A DNA stretch of 42,187 bases from Puniceicoccales bacterium. Lineage in GTDB: Bacteria > Verrucomicrobiota > Verrucomicrobiia > Opitutales > JAIRLG01. This document shows positions 28,072 to 38,997 of the stretch, in pieces. The first letter of the stretch is position 1. Each line of letters begins with the position of its first letter. The notes under the pieces are model-generated. The model worked only from the letters and a program-made list of their open reading frames with translations, ran no database searches and was not told the DNA's origin. Made by a program: the position numbers and the translations under genes. The stretch is from NCBI GenBank assembly GCA_031279255.1, contig JAITIW010000048.1, forward strand, positions 1 to 42,187. Direction: 5' to 3'.

Positions 28072-28731
28072 ATGAAAGAAGAAATTGGAGTCCTAGGGAA
28101 AAAGATCGGCATGACGCAAGTTTTTGATGCTGAAGGCGATTTGATTCCCGTAACCGTCGTCAGAATGGCGGCCTGTCGTATTCTGCAGAAGCGTATGCAA
28201 GAACAAGATGGTTATGAAGCGGTTCAGATGATCCTTCAGGGCGAAAAACAGGGTGAGCACGTCAACGACAAGGCGACAATGGGGCGGCTCCAAAAGGCTG
28301 GATGCGATGTTTATAAACGTGTGGTGGCCTATCGCGAAATACGGGGTCAGTTCCCGGATTATCAACTCGGTGATACGTTGGATCTTTCGCTTTTTCAGGA
28401 AGGTGAAAAGGTCGATGTGGTTGGAATCACGAAGGGACATGGTTTTCAAGGTGTGATGAAGCGCTATGGGTTTTCCGGTGGTCCGGCTTCACATGGTGCG
28501 ATGTTTCACCGCAGAGGAGGTTCTTATGGACAGCGTCAATGGCCAGGGCATGTCATTAAGGGTAAGAAGATGCCGGGTCATTTCGGCATGGTGCGCCGTA
28601 CGGTACAAAATCTGAAGATCGTAAAGATCCTCAAGGAAGAAAATCTTCTGTTGATTCGAGGTAGTTTCCCGGGCGTAAAGGGCGCAACGGTGTTTGTTCG
28701 AAAGGCCATAAAAGCTTATGCTTGCTCATAA
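28072..28731 (+). CDS. rplC: 50S ribosomal protein L3
   Basis: GKKIGMTQVF, KGHGFQGVMKR, KGKKMPGH. Confidence 0.99.
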   Translation: MKEEIGVLGKKIGMTQVFDAEGDLIPVTVVRMAACRILQKRMQEQDGYEAVQMILQGEKQGEHVNDKATMGRLQKAGCDVYKRVVAYREIRGQFPDYQLGDTLDLSLFQEGEKVDVVGITKGHGFQGVMKRYGFSGGPASHGAMFHRRGGSYGQRQWPGHVIKGKKMPGHFGMVRRTVQNLKIVKILKEENLLLIRGSFPGVKGATVFVRKAIKAYACS

Positions 28732-28741
28732 AGTGTGTCCT

Positions 28742-29380
28742 ATGAAATTAAAGCTTTACAGTGCAGACGCTATGCAATTCGAGGAGAAGGAATTTCCTGA
28801 GTTTCCTGAATTGGGAAAGGATAAAGGCCAAATAGCTTTAAGTTTCGTCATTAAAATGCTGCAAGCGGCTAGGCGTCAAGGTAATGCTTGCACAAAGACA
28901 CGCGGCGAAGTCAGTGGAGGCGGTAAAAAACCGTGGCGTCAAAAGGGAACAGGTATGGCTCGACAGGGTTCACGTCGCAGCCCCATTTGGAGTGGCGGCG
29001 GTGTGGTCTTCGGCCCGAAACCACGATCTTATGGCGGCAAGGTCAACCATCGCGTGCGGCAATTGGCATTGGCAAAAGCATTTTTCGACTGTGCTTCGAT
29101 CGAAAAGGCCTGTGTCATGGAAAGTTTTGTGGTTCCTCAACCCAAGACACGGGCATTATGCCCAGTTTTAGCACGCATCGCACCCGAAGGAAGGCTTCTG
29201 TTGGTGGATACGCAATTCAGTAATGATTTCATTTTGGCGGGACGTAATCTGCAGCGCGTCTCTATGGTGGATGCCGCTATGGTCAATGCGTTGGATATTG
29301 TCTATAATGATTTTTGTATCTTGACAGAACGGGCGGTGGCGGTTCTGTCCCAGCGCATGGTATGGAAAGCAGTGTCATGA
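28742..29380 (+). CDS. rplD: 50S ribosomal protein L4
   Basis: TKTRGEVSGGGKKPWRQKGTG; start at ATG 28742. Confidence 0.98.
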   Translation: MKLKLYSADAMQFEEKEFPEFPELGKDKGQIALSFVIKMLQAARRQGNACTKTRGEVSGGGKKPWRQKGTGMARQGSRRSPIWSGGGVVFGPKPRSYGGKVNHRVRQLALAKAFFDCASIEKACVMESFVVPQPKTRALCPVLARIAPEGRLLLVDTQFSNDFILAGRNLQRVSMVDAAMVNALDIVYNDFCILTERAVAVLSQRMVWKAVS

Positions 29381-29664
29381 GTACGCCAGAAAAAGTTTTA
29401 AAGAGTATCTGGATGACGGAAAAGGCGACGTCCTTGACGTCCCAGGGCCAGTACACCTTTGAGGTCTTTCCTGGAGTTTCTTCCGTAGAGGTTTCCAAAG
29501 CGGTGGCCGAGAAATTCCGTGTGCACGTACGCCATGTCAATATCGTCAATCGTCGAGGAAAGTGGAAACGAGATCGATCGAAACGAGGTCACTATGGCCG
29601 AACGGCGGCTCGTCGGTTGGCTTATGTCGCTTTACGATCGGGTGAAACGATTGATTTGGTATGA
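29377..29664 (+). CDS. rplW: 50S ribosomal protein L23
   Basis: TEKAT, YTFEV, synteny; start at ATG 29377. Confidence 0.96.
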   Translation: MSTPEKVLKSIWMTEKATSLTSQGQYTFEVFPGVSSVEVSKAVAEKFRVHVRHVNIVNRRGKWKRDRSKRGHYGRTAARRLAYVALRSGETIDLV

Positions 29665-29678
29665 GGAGATTTTAAGAG

Positions 29679-30521
29679 ATGGCGATTGTTCAACTAAGAC
29701 CCAAAACTCCCTCCCAGCGTTTTCATTTGAAAAATGTCCAATCGCTGTGGAAAGGTGCTGCCGAAGCTTCTCTGACAAAGGGTGATCAGCGTTCACATGG
29801 GCGTAATTGCTATGGTCGCATCACGTCACGTCGTCGTGGAGGTGGGCACAAGCGTTCCTATCGACGGATCGATTTTAATCGAAAGAAAATCGGGATTGAG
29901 GCATCGGTGGCGCATATCGAATATGATCCTAATCGTTCCGCTCATATCGCTTTGTTGAACTTTGCCGATGGCGAGAAGCGTTATATGGTGGCTCCGCGAG
30001 GCCTGCAGTTGGGCGATAAGGTCGTACATCTTGCGGAATCTCAGGAGGATTTCCGTGTCGGTATGTCATTGCCGCTGCATCAAATGCCGCTAGGTGTTCC
30101 CGTTCATTGTATCGAGATGGAACCCAATGGCGGTGCGAAAATTGCCCGTAGTGCAGGTGCTTCGTGTCAGTTGGTCTCCATCGAAGGTTCTGACGCGACC
30201 ATTAAATTACCCAGCGGAGAGATTCGTTTACTCGATGCACGCTGTCGAGCGACCATTGGGCAGGTAGGAAATGTTGATCACAACAAACGTTCTTTGGGAA
30301 AGGCAGGTCGCAATCGATGGTTGAATCGTCGACCGCGGGTACGAGGTGTTGCGATGAATCCGGTGGATCACCCGCAAGGCGGAGGTGAAGGGCGTACATC
30401 CGGAGGTGGTCATCCGGTATCACCCTGGGGGCAATTGGCCAAGGGCTACCCCACGAGGCGAAAGACAAAATCCTCCAATGAGCGAATTTTGGTGAGGTGT
30501 AATGGAAGACGTGTGAAATAA
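29679..30521 (+). CDS. rplB: 50S ribosomal protein L2
   Basis: [28 protein letters not shown]. Confidence 0.99.
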   Translation: MAIVQLRPKTPSQRFHLKNVQSLWKGAAEASLTKGDQRSHGRNCYGRITSRRRGGGHKRSYRRIDFNRKKIGIEASVAHIEYDPNRSAHIALLNFADGEKRYMVAPRGLQLGDKVVHLAESQEDFRVGMSLPLHQMPLGVPVHCIEMEPNGGAKIARSAGASCQLVSIEGSDATIKLPSGEIRLLDARCRATIGQVGNVDHNKRSLGKAGRNRWLNRRPRVRGVAMNPVDHPQGGGEGRTSGGGHPVSPWGQLAKGYPTRRKTKSSNERILVRCNGRRVK

Positions 30522-30525
30522 GGAT

Positions 30526-30801
30526 ATGGCTCGTTCAGCAAAAAAAGGTTTCTTTGTGGATGTCAGCTTGATGGATAAGGTCGATCAAGCTCAGAAGACG
30601 AATTCCAAAAAGCCTATTAAAACCTGGTCGCGTCGTTCGACGATCACGCCAGATTTTGTCGGTTTGACGTTTCAGGTCCACAATGGGAAAGTTTTTCATG
30701 ATGTTTTCGTCACCGAGAACATGGTCGGCCATAAATTGGGAGAGTTTTCATTGACCCGGACATTTAAGGCCCATAATCCGCACACACAAAAGGCATCATG
30801 A
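30526..30801 (+). CDS. rpsS: 30S ribosomal protein S19
   Basis: [18 protein letters not shown]. Confidence 0.99.
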   Translation: MARSAKKGFFVDVSLMDKVDQAQKTNSKKPIKTWSRRSTITPDFVGLTFQVHNGKVFHDVFVTENMVGHKLGEFSLTRTFKAHNPHTQKAS

Positions 30802-31154
30802 GTACGGAAAATGTAGAAGTCAAGGCGTTGGCGCGGCATGTGAGAATGTCGCCGAAAAAGGTTCGTGAAGTATTGCGCTGTCTTCCGGGCAGAACGGCCG
30901 GAGAGGCATTGGATTATCTGCGTTTAGTGCCGCGAAAGTCCGCTTTTTATGCCGCTAAGTTACTTCGCAGTGCCATTGCCAATGCTGATGTCAAGGGATT
31001 GAGTGGCCGTGATCTATGGATCAAGGAAGCGATCGTAGAACAGGGCATGGTCATGAAGCGCTTTGTGCCAGCGGCCCGTGGCTCGGCACATCCCATTCGC
31101 AAAAAATCGAGTCGCATTCGGTTTATTTTGACGGAAAGGTTGGAGAGAAAGTAA
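30798..31154 (+). CDS. rplV: 50S ribosomal protein L22
   Basis: [19 protein letters not shown]. Confidence 0.98.
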   Translation: MSTENVEVKALARHVRMSPKKVREVLRCLPGRTAGEALDYLRLVPRKSAFYAAKLLRSAIANADVKGLSGRDLWIKEAIVEQGMVMKRFVPAARGSAHPIRKKSSRIRFILTERLERK

Positions 31155-31156
31155 TT

Positions 31157-31795
31157 ATGGGACAGAAAACGAATCCTATAGGTTTGCGCCTTTCCATTCG
31201 CCGAGATTGGGAATCCCGTTGGTTTGCGACGGGGAAGGATTATGCGACATTTTTAAAGGAGGATTATGTCATCCGTCGTTTTTTGAGGCGGAAGGTAAAG
31301 TTCGCTTCATGTTCGAAAATATTCATCGAACGAGCTGGCGATCGTGTACGCGTGAAGATTCATTCGGCTCGACCAGGTCTCATCATCGGCCGTAGAGGGC
31401 AGGATTTGGAAAAGTTGTCGGAAAGTTTAAAAAAAATCATCCGACGTGATGTCCTGTTGGACGTGCAGGAGATTAAGCGTCCCGATCTAGAAGCGACATT
31501 GGTGGCCGAAGGTATTGCGGTGCAATTGGAGCGCAGGATTTCGTTCCGCCGCGCTCTGAAAAAAGCTGTACAGACGTCGATGGCATTGGGGGCCGAAGGT
31601 ATTCGCGTTCAATGTTCGGGACGATTGGGAGGGACAGAAATCGCGCGATCCGAATCGCAACGCGCTGGTCGTGTCCCATTACATACTTTGAAAGAGCACA
31701 TCGATTATGGTTTTGCGGAAGCTAAGACCGTATACGGAGTCATTGGAGTGAAGTGTTGGATTTGTCATCCACAGGAGGAATCGTCTGCCGCTTAG
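31157..31795 (+). CDS. rpsC: 30S ribosomal protein S3
   Basis: MGQKTNPIGLRL, RPGLIIG, GRVPLHTL; start at ATG 31157. Confidence 0.99.
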   Translation: MGQKTNPIGLRLSIRRDWESRWFATGKDYATFLKEDYVIRRFLRRKVKFASCSKIFIERAGDRVRVKIHSARPGLIIGRRGQDLEKLSESLKKIIRRDVLLDVQEIKRPDLEATLVAEGIAVQLERRISFRRALKKAVQTSMALGAEGIRVQCSGRLGGTEIARSESQRAGRVPLHTLKEHIDYGFAEAKTVYGVIGVKCWICHPQEESSAA

Positions 31796-31814
31796 TTTTT
31801 AATCATAAATCATC

Positions 31815-32231
31815 ATGGCCAAGTTATCACCTGCTAAGACAAAGTTTCGCAAAGTTTCCAAAGGGAGGAATCGCGGCAATGCCAAAGGAGGCGATACATT
31901 GGCATTTGGTGACTTTGGTATGCAATCTCTGAGTCGCGGCAATATGACATCGTCGCAGATCGAAGCGGCACGTGTGGCGATCAATCGCCATCTCAAACGA
32001 AAAGGCAAGATGTGGGTCCGAGTTTTTCCGCATAAACCGGTGACGAAAAAACCGGCTGAGACGCGTATGGGAAAAGGAAAAGGTCCGGTCGAATATTGGG
32101 TTTCGGTGATTAAGCCAGGCCGTGTTTTATTTGAATTATCCGGCGTCCCGGCAACAGTGGCGCGCGAAGCGATGCGTCTCGCCGATAGAAAATTATCATT
32201 GCGATGCCGTTTTGTCAGTCATGAAGAGTAA
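31815..32231 (+). CDS. rplP: 50S ribosomal protein L16
   Basis: [18 protein letters not shown]. Confidence 0.99.
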   Translation: MAKLSPAKTKFRKVSKGRNRGNAKGGDTLAFGDFGMQSLSRGNMTSSQIEAARVAINRHLKRKGKMWVRVFPHKPVTKKPAETRMGKGKGPVEYWVSVIKPGRVLFELSGVPATVAREAMRLADRKLSLRCRFVSHEE

Positions 32232-32251
32232 GATAATCTTTATAGGAACTT

Positions 32252-32440
32252 ATGGCGAATTTTAAGGAGTTAGATTTAAAAGAGTTGCGTGAAAAGGCAT
32301 TTCACGCGCGTGCTGAGTTATTGGATTTGCGGCTCAAAAAGCGCTTGGGCTCAGCGGGTAAGCCGCATGTGGTACGGCATTTGCGAAAAGAAATAGCACG
32401 TCTGGAGACGTTCATGCGAATGAAGAGAGATACAGCCTAG
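32252..32440 (+). CDS. rpmC: 50S ribosomal protein L29
   Basis: 62 aa, LRKEIARLET, synteny. Confidence 0.95.
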   Translation: MANFKELDLKELREKAFHARAELLDLRLKKRLGSAGKPHVVRHLRKEIARLETFMRMKRDTA

Positions 32441-32462
32441 CTGTTTCGGGTAGAAGTTCATT

Positions 32463-32747
32463 ATGAGTGGAGAAAGAAGTTGTCGAAAAGATTTGGTCGG
32501 TGTGGTGATAAGCCGCATGGGCGATAAGACGGTGAAGGTATCTTATGCCTATAAAGCACCTCATCCTCTCTATAAAAAAGAGATGAGGCGGAGGACGATT
32601 TTACACGCTCATGATGCGGCGAACGAATGTCAGTGTGGCGATAAGGTGGAATTGATGGAGACGCGGCCCATCAGTCATCTCAAGCGGTGGCGTGTGGTCC
32701 GGATTGTGGCGAAATCACCCAAAGCGGTGGAGGCGGAAAAGGCATAA
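32463..32747 (+). CDS. rpsQ: 30S ribosomal protein S17
   Basis: DKTVKV, HPLYKK, ETRPIS..KRW. Confidence 0.98.
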   Translation: MSGERSCRKDLVGVVISRMGDKTVKVSYAYKAPHPLYKKEMRRRTILHAHDAANECQCGDKVELMETRPISHLKRWRVVRIVAKSPKAVEAEKA

Positions 32748-32750
32748 AAT

Positions 32751-33116
32751 ATGTTGCAGCAGCAAAGTTTACTCGATATTGCGGATAATACGGGAGCTCG
32801 GAAGGCGATGATGATCCGCCGCCTGGGACAAATTACCGACACGGCTTCCATAGGAGATGTCATCGTAGTGGCCATTAAGAAAAGCACTCCCGATGCGGCC
32901 GTTAAGAAGGGAAGTGTCGCTCGGGCTGTTGTCGTTCGTACCAAAGCACCTATTCGTCGAAAGGATGGCAGTTCGTTGCGTTTTGATTCGAATGCTTGTG
33001 TAATTATCGATGATAAGGGAAATCCAAAGGGGACACGTATTTTTGGCCCCGTTGCACGTGAATTGCGCCAGAAAGATTTCACAAAAATTTTGTCATTAGC
33101 TCCGGAGGTACTATGA
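32751..33116 (+). CDS. rplN: 50S ribosomal protein L14
   Basis: [26 protein letters not shown]. Confidence 0.99.
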   Translation: MLQQQSLLDIADNTGARKAMMIRRLGQITDTASIGDVIVVAIKKSTPDAAVKKGSVARAVVVRTKAPIRRKDGSSLRFDSNACVIIDDKGNPKGTRIFGPVARELRQKDFTKILSLAPEVL

Positions 33117-33370
33117 AATATAAAGTCAAGCGCGACGACGAGGTGATCGTAATTTCCGGAGCTCATAAGGGAAAGCGTGGGAAGATTTTGAATGTCATCA
33201 AAGATCGGTGTCGCGTGGTCGTTGAGGGAGTAGCGGTACATAAGCGTCACATGAAGAAGTCGCGGGAGTATCCGGAAGGTACGATTCTGAACAAGGAAGG
33301 TAGCATCCATTATTCCAATGTCATGCTCGCTTCTAAATTTGAGGCAAAGGAGAAAGCAAAGGTGCGTTGA
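33113..33370 (+). CDS. rplX: 50S ribosomal protein L24 (short form)
   Basis: [20 protein letters not shown]. Confidence 0.97.
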   Translation: MKYKVKRDDEVIVISGAHKGKRGKILNVIKDRCRVVVEGVAVHKRHMKKSREYPEGTILNKEGSIHYSNVMLASKFEAKEKAKVR

Positions 33371-33425
33371 GGATTTATGATTCGAGAGAAGTATTGAAAA
33401 TGTATTGATCCCTCGAGAGCTTATT

Positions 33426-33977
33426 ATGAAGACGTCCACATCAGTCATGAAGGTGCATTACGACCAGAATGTCATTCCGGCTCTGCAGAAAAAATTTGGC
33501 TATAAAAATCGCCATCAAGTCCCGGTGATGGAAAAAATTGTCATTAATTCGGCCTTGAATGCCGATAGTGACAAATCTTGGGTGGCGGAAGTGGAAAAAG
33601 ATATAGGATTGATTGCTGCCCAGAAACCCATCATAACGCGTGCCAAGAAAAGTATTTCCAATTTTAAATTGCGTCAGGGAATGCCAAATGGCGTCAAGGT
33701 GACATTGCGCGGTCGTCAGATGTACGAATTTTGGTCGCGTTGGATGCACGTTGCCTTACCAGTTTCAAGGGATTTTCGAGGCCTTCTCAATAGATTTGAT
33801 GGCCGTGGGAATTATACGGTAGGTATCGTCGATCACACGATTTTTCCAGAAATTAGTATTGATCATGATCGAAAAAAAAATGTCGGTATGGACATTACGG
33901 TTGTTACTTCGGCCAAGACGGATGCGGAAGCACTGGAGTTTTTGAGGCTCATGGGTGCTCCTTTCCGGCTGAAGTGA
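33426..33977 (+). CDS. rplE: 50S ribosomal protein L5
   Basis: [29 protein letters not shown]. Confidence 0.98.
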   Translation: MKTSTSVMKVHYDQNVIPALQKKFGYKNRHQVPVMEKIVINSALNADSDKSWVAEVEKDIGLIAAQKPIITRAKKSISNFKLRQGMPNGVKVTLRGRQMYEFWSRWMHVALPVSRDFRGLLNRFDGRGNYTVGIVDHTIFPEISIDHDRKKNVGMDITVVTSAKTDAEALEFLRLMGAPFRLK

Positions 33978-34003
33978 GGTATCATGAGGAGATTGAAAAA
34001 AGC

Positions 34004-34309
34004 ATGGCTAAAAAATCAGTAATAGCTCGAAATGTGAAGCGTCAAGCGATGGTGGCGCGTTATGGGGAACGTCGTAAGGCACTGAAGTGTATTTTAAAGG
34101 ATCCCAAAACGACGGATGAGGCCTTTTTCAAGGCTCAGAGAGAATTGGCGAAACTGCCACGCGATACTTCTTTCGTCAGAGTGCGCCATCGTTGTGCCAT
34201 CACCGGCAGAGGTCGGGCATATTTCGGTCGTTTCGGAGTGTCCCGTATTCAGCTGAGGGAGATGGCTTTGTTTGGTGAATTACCCGGTGTGGTAAAGGCT
34301 TCTTGGTAG
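34004..34309 (+). CDS. rpsN: 30S ribosomal protein S14 (101-aa, lacks the four-Cys Zn motif)
   Basis: [20 protein letters not shown]. Confidence 0.98.
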   Translation: MAKKSVIARNVKRQAMVARYGERRKALKCILKDPKTTDEAFFKAQRELAKLPRDTSFVRVRHRCAITGRGRAYFGRFGVSRIQLREMALFGELPGVVKASW

Positions 34310-34315
34310 AAAATT

Positions 34316-34705
34316 ATGGACACCGTTGGGGATTTTTTAACTGTTTTGCGCAATGCCAGTAAGGCCAAAAAGCCGACCTGCCGAGTCCCGGCTTCTAAAA
34401 TGCGCGAAAGTCTCTTGAATATTTTGAAGTCCGAGGGATATATTGCCGATTTCAAGCCGGAAGAAGATGAAGCCCATCATCATTATTTTTTGGTTTTTCT
34501 GAAATATGTTCAGGGAGTTTCGGCCATTGTCGGCATAGAGCGTTGTAGCAAACCCGGTTGTCGGCTCTACTATAGTCAGTCGAAAATCCCCAAAATTTTG
34601 GGTGGGCTTGGAACGGCTATTTTAACCACATCTCGTGGTATTTTAAAAGGTACTGATGCCGTCAAGCAAAAGGTCGGTGGAGAATTATTGTGTAAGGTTT
34701 GGTGA
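34316..34705 (+). CDS. rpsH: 30S ribosomal protein S8
   Basis: SKPGCRLY, GGLG.AILTTS.G, GGELLC.VW. Confidence 0.98.
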   Translation: MDTVGDFLTVLRNASKAKKPTCRVPASKMRESLLNILKSEGYIADFKPEEDEAHHHYFLVFLKYVQGVSAIVGIERCSKPGCRLYYSQSKIPKILGGLGTAILTTSRGILKGTDAVKQKVGGELLCKVW

Positions 34706-34719
34706 GATGGAGGAGCATC

Positions 34720-35256
34720 ATGAGTAGAATCGGAAAGTTAGCGATAGAGATTCCTGCATCGGTAAAAGTGACCCTGGAGGGGGCGAAAGTAAACGTCGAG
34801 GGGCCGAAAGGAAAATTGGAGCAGACATTTGACGATGTGGTGACGATCGTACAGAAAGATGCGCAGATATATGTCCAGCCCAAGGGTAATAGCCGTTATG
34901 CTCGGGCGATGCACGGTACGGTAGCTTCCATTATTCGCTCCATGGTCATGGGAGTTCAGAAGCTATTTTTTAAAGAGTTGGAAATTACGGGCGTTGGATT
35001 TAAGGCCTCCGTCGCGGATCATGTGCTTGATTTGTCACTGGGATATTCTCATCCCATTCGCTATAACATTCCGGCCAATGTGACGGTGACGACGCCGGAA
35101 GCGACGAAAATTCGGGTGGAAAGCCCTAGTAAATTCCTTGCAGGGCAGGTGGCGGCCGATATCAAACATTACTATCCGGCGGAGCCCTATAAAGGAAAAG
35201 GAGTGAGGATTGTGGGAGAATTTGTCAGGCGCAAGGAAGGCAAGAAGACGGCATAA
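34720..35256 (+). CDS. rplF: 50S ribosomal protein L6
   Basis: MSRIGK, LGYSHP, EPYKGKGV. Confidence 0.99.
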   Translation: MSRIGKLAIEIPASVKVTLEGAKVNVEGPKGKLEQTFDDVVTIVQKDAQIYVQPKGNSRYARAMHGTVASIIRSMVMGVQKLFFKELEITGVGFKASVADHVLDLSLGYSHPIRYNIPANVTVTTPEATKIRVESPSKFLAGQVAADIKHYYPAEPYKGKGVRIVGEFVRRKEGKKTA

Positions 35257-35278
35257 TTGGGTATGGTGAGGAGAATTT

Positions 35279-35644
35279 ATGGTGAATTTAAGTGATAAAC
35301 AAGTGGTGACGCAGAGGCGTCATTGGCGTGTCCGGAGAAAGGTAGAGGGTAGCGCAGATCGTCCGCGCTTGTCGCTGCATTTTAGCCATAAACATGGCTA
35401 TGCCCAGTGCGTCGATGATAACACAGGACGTACCTTAGTGGCGCTTTCGACGTTGGATAAATCCCTGAAGGAGCAGTCTGCCAAGGCGAATGTAGCAGGA
35501 GCTCGTCTGCTCGGTGATGCTTTTGGGAAAAAAGCCATTGCCTGTGGCATTTCCAAGGTTGTGTTCGATCGTGGCGCTCGTCAATATCATGGTGTCCTAT
35601 GCGCCTTTGCGGATGCGGTGCGCAGCCACAAAATTGATTTTTAG
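35279..35644 (+). CDS. rplR: 50S ribosomal protein L18
   Basis: RPRLS, VVFDRG..YHG. Confidence 0.98.
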   Translation: MVNLSDKQVVTQRRHWRVRRKVEGSADRPRLSLHFSHKHGYAQCVDDNTGRTLVALSTLDKSLKEQSAKANVAGARLLGDAFGKKAIACGISKVVFDRGARQYHGVLCAFADAVRSHKIDF

Positions 35645-35656
35645 TCTTTGTGATTT

Positions 35657-36220
35657 ATGAGTGATCAAGCTACAGTTACCCGTGAGCGGCGGCGGCGAAA
35701 ATTTCCGGAATCGAGAAGAGCTTCTCAGGAGCAGCTCAATCCGGACAAATTGGCCGAAAAGTTGATCCAGGTCAATCGTTGCGCGAAGGTCGTAAAAGGT
35801 GGTCGTCGGTTCGGTTTTTCCGCTTTAGTGGTGGTGGGAGATCAGGCCGGTCGTGTAGGTGTGGGTAAAGGTAAGTCCAAGGAAGTACCGGAGGCGGTGC
35901 ACAAGGCAACGGAGCGCGCCAAGAGGAATTTGCAATCCTATGCGATTCAAAATGCGACTATTCCTCATGCCGTAGAGGGTCATGCCGATGGTGGGCATGT
36001 GATTTTAAGGCCAGCTTCTCCCGGAACGGGCGTCATTGCCGGAGGTAGCGTTCGTCACGTACTGGAAGTATTGGGCATAAAGAATATTTTGTCGAAATCC
36101 TTAGGTTCCAGTAATCCGATTTCGGTTGTCCATGCGACATTGGATGCGCTTTCTCGCTTGAGGACATGGGAACAGGTGAAGGCCGTACGTTGCGCCATTC
36201 CGGATAGCGGTGATTTGTAG
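35657..36220 (+). CDS. rpsE: 30S ribosomal protein S5
   Basis: KVVKGGRRF.FSALVVVGD, GTGVIAGG. Confidence 0.99.
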   Translation: MSDQATVTRERRRRKFPESRRASQEQLNPDKLAEKLIQVNRCAKVVKGGRRFGFSALVVVGDQAGRVGVGKGKSKEVPEAVHKATERAKRNLQSYAIQNATIPHAVEGHADGGHVILRPASPGTGVIAGGSVRHVLEVLGIKNILSKSLGSSNPISVVHATLDALSRLRTWEQVKAVRCAIPDSGDL

Positions 36221-36249
36221 AAAAGGATTGAATAAAAGAGGATTAAACG

Positions 36250-36726
36250 ATGAAGTTACATACACTGGTTCGTGAGAAAAGTTCAGCTAGGCCGCGCAAA
36301 CGCGTCGGTCGTGGTGCCGGTTCTGGCATGGGAAAGACCAGCGGTCGCGGGCATAAGGGTGGCAAAGCACGTTCAGGTTATAGTCCCTCACCGGTCTCGT
36401 CCGGTATTCCTTTTTACCGCCGCTTGCCCAAGCGTGGGTTTGACAATAAGCGCTTTTCTCAGGAAATGGCTTACGTCAATCTTCGCGATCTGGATCGTTG
36501 TGGCGAAGTGGAAGTGATCGACCGTAGTTTGTTGCGACAGAAAGGGATCCTGTCATCAGATGCGCCCTATAAAGTTCTCGGCCAGGGCGAGATTCATCGG
36601 CCTTATAAAATTATTGCAGATCGCTTTTCGGCCTCCGCTAAGGCAAAGATTTTAGCAGCGGGTGGGGAAGCGGTGGAGTTGGTCGTACAGGAGACGCAGG
36701 AGACACAGAATAAAATAGAAAAGTAG
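36250..36726 (+). CDS. rplO: 50S ribosomal protein L15
   Basis: RVGRG.GSG.GKTSGRGHKG, RLPKRGF. Confidence 0.99.
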   Translation: MKLHTLVREKSSARPRKRVGRGAGSGMGKTSGRGHKGGKARSGYSPSPVSSGIPFYRRLPKRGFDNKRFSQEMAYVNLRDLDRCGEVEVIDRSLLRQKGILSSDAPYKVLGQGEIHRPYKIIADRFSASAKAKILAAGGEAVELVVQETQETQNKIEK

Positions 36727-36732
36727 CGAAAA

Positions 36733-38235
36733 ATGTTATCGGCTTTTGTAGATTGCATCAAAGTCCCTGATCTTCGGCGTAAAATTCTATTTACGCTGGC
36801 GCTTTTATTTGTGGCCCGTGTCGGAGCGAGTATTCCACTACCGGGACTGGATCCCAAACCTTTGCATGATTTTTTTGCGACACAAGCGGGAAGTGGTTCC
36901 AGTTTGATCGGCCTCTATAATATGTTTACGGGAGGTGCCTTTTTGAAAGGTGCTATTTTTGGTCTAGGTGTAATGCCCTACATCAGCGCATCGATCATTT
37001 TGCAGCTCATGTCTGCCGTTGTCCCGACCTTGGCACGTGTCCAAAAAGATCAGAATGGTCGTCAGCGAATTGCGCAATATACGCGCTATTTGACGGTGCT
37101 CATCTGTCTCATTCAGGGCATTCTTCTGGTCTTGGCGTTGATGAATTATCCCGAAAAATTATTTACGGGATTCAACAAGGAGGTCTATGGCGAGATCGTC
37201 GTCATGAACCGCGCTTGGTTCCTGATCAATTCCACCATTTTTTTGACCGCTGGGACGATGATTTTGACATGGTTGGGGGATCGCATCACGCAAAATGGCA
37301 TCGGCAATGGCATTTCTCTCCTCATCACCATCGGTATTTTATCCTCTCTGCCGCGTGCCATTTCACAAACATGGGCGATGTTCTATAGACCTGTTGGCGT
37401 AGAGGGAACACAATACGGTCTCTTTCAGGCGGTCTTGATGCTGGCTTTGTTACTGACGGTCATGGCGGCCATGATTTCCATGACACAGGCTACGCGGAAA
37501 ATTCCTGTCCAATATGCCAAGCGCATCATTGGTCATAAGGTTTATGGCGGACAAACTTCGTTTCTACCGCTGAAAGTCAATTATGCGGGGATCATGCCCG
37601 TTATCTTTGCGAGTGCGATTTTGCTCTTTCCGCAGCAGATCTTTGCCTATCTCGGTGCCGCGACCGGCGTGTCGCTCTTTCAGCGCCTATCCTACATTTT
37701 GATGCATGGCTCTTGGTTCTACTACCTCAGTTATGGCACGATGATCCTGGGCTTCAGCTATTTCTGGGTCTCGATCATGTTCCGGCCGACGCAGATTGCG
37801 GATGATTTGAAAAAAAATGGCGGTTATATACCCGGTGTGCGTCCGGGGGCTGCAACGGCGGAGTTTTTGGATTTTACGATGACGCGTCTGACGTTAGCAG
37901 GAGCCATTTTTTTGACGGTCATTGCCCTATTTCCCGATTTTCTCTACTTCTCTTTTCACATTCCCTATACCGTGGCGATGTTCTTCGGTGGGACAGGAAC
38001 CTTGATCACCGTAGGTGTCATTTTGGAGACCATGAAACAGATGGAAACGCATCTCTTGGAGAAGCAATATGATGGTTTTCTGCAGAAGGGGAAAGCGAGA
38101 GGTAAGGCCTCATCGAAACGCTTTTCGGAAATGATAAGCTCGTTGCTTCAGGTGAAATCTCTGTGGATATTTCTAGGTATTCTGGCCCTAGTGGGTTCTT
38201 TGGCCTGGTGGGTACATCATGTCGTTACGCCGTAG
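36733..38235 (+). CDS. secY: Preprotein translocase subunit SecY
   Basis: LGVMPYISASII.QL, GIGNGISL, IMPVIFAS, IPGVRPG. Confidence 0.99.
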   Translation: MLSAFVDCIKVPDLRRKILFTLALLFVARVGASIPLPGLDPKPLHDFFATQAGSGSSLIGLYNMFTGGAFLKGAIFGLGVMPYISASIILQLMSAVVPTLARVQKDQNGRQRIAQYTRYLTVLICLIQGILLVLALMNYPEKLFTGFNKEVYGEIVVMNRAWFLINSTIFLTAGTMILTWLGDRITQNGIGNGISLLITIGILSSLPRAISQTWAMFYRPVGVEGTQYGLFQAVLMLALLLTVMAAMISMTQATRKIPVQYAKRIIGHKVYGGQTSFLPLKVNYAGIMPVIFASAILLFPQQIFAYLGAATGVSLFQRLSYILMHGSWFYYLSYGTMILGFSYFWVSIMFRPTQIADDLKKNGGYIPGVRPGAATAEFLDFTMTRLTLAGAIFLTVIALFPDFLYFSFHIPYTVAMFFGGTGTLITVGVILETMKQMETHLLEKQYDGFLQKGKARGKASSKRFSEMISSLLQVKSLWIFLGILALVGSLAWWVHHVVTP

Positions 38236-38238
38236 AAG

Positions 38239-38997
38239 ATGATCTGTAAAACGGAAGAAGATCGACAGGGTATGCGGAATGCCGGGAGGCTTGCAGCGGA
38301 GATGTTACACGCGGTGGCGCAAATGGTTCGACCGGGCATTTCGACCGCTGATCTCAATGAACAGACGCGGGAACTTATGCTAAAAGCAGGTGCCACAAGT
38401 GCTTCCTATGGCTATGGATCGGCCAAAAATCCCTACCCGGGCTATGCTTGTTTCTCGATCAATGATGTCATTGTCCATGGTATTCCATCAAAAGATCAGA
38501 TCTTGCAGGAGGGCGACATCATCAGTATCGACCTAGCTTTATTTTATGAAGGATTTTGCGGCGATAATACCGTGACAGTGTGCGTTGGTGAGGTCTCTTC
38601 GGCGGCGCGACATCTCATCGAGATCACCGAAGAAGCGTTACGAGCCGGTATCCAGCAAGCGGTCACCGGGCAATATGTGGGAGATATTTCAGCCGCCATT
38701 GCGGCCGTTGCCCAGCGGGAAGGTTATGGCATCGTGCGTGAATTCGTGGGCCATGGCGTTGGTCGTGAAATGCATGAGGATCCGCAAGTGCCGAATTATG
38801 TACTTCCGCAGAAAGGTGCACGTCTGTGTCCGGGTATGACGTTGGCCATTGAGCCGATGTTCACGTTGGGCGATGCGGCTATTCAATGGGATTCCGATGG
38901 CTGGACAGTCCGAACGAAGGATCATTCTTTAGCCGCTCACGTGGAGCATAGCATTTTAGTGACGGAAAATCTTCCAGAGGTATTGACTTTACGATGA
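38239..38997 (+). CDS. map: Methionine aminopeptidase type I
   Basis: VHGIP, GHGVG..MHE.P, AIEPM, AHVEHS. Confidence 0.98.
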   Translation: MICKTEEDRQGMRNAGRLAAEMLHAVAQMVRPGISTADLNEQTRELMLKAGATSASYGYGSAKNPYPGYACFSINDVIVHGIPSKDQILQEGDIISIDLALFYEGFCGDNTVTVCVGEVSSAARHLIEITEEALRAGIQQAVTGQYVGDISAAIAAVAQREGYGIVREFVGHGVGREMHEDPQVPNYVLPQKGARLCPGMTLAIEPMFTLGDAAIQWDSDGWTVRTKDHSLAAHVEHSILVTENLPEVLTLR

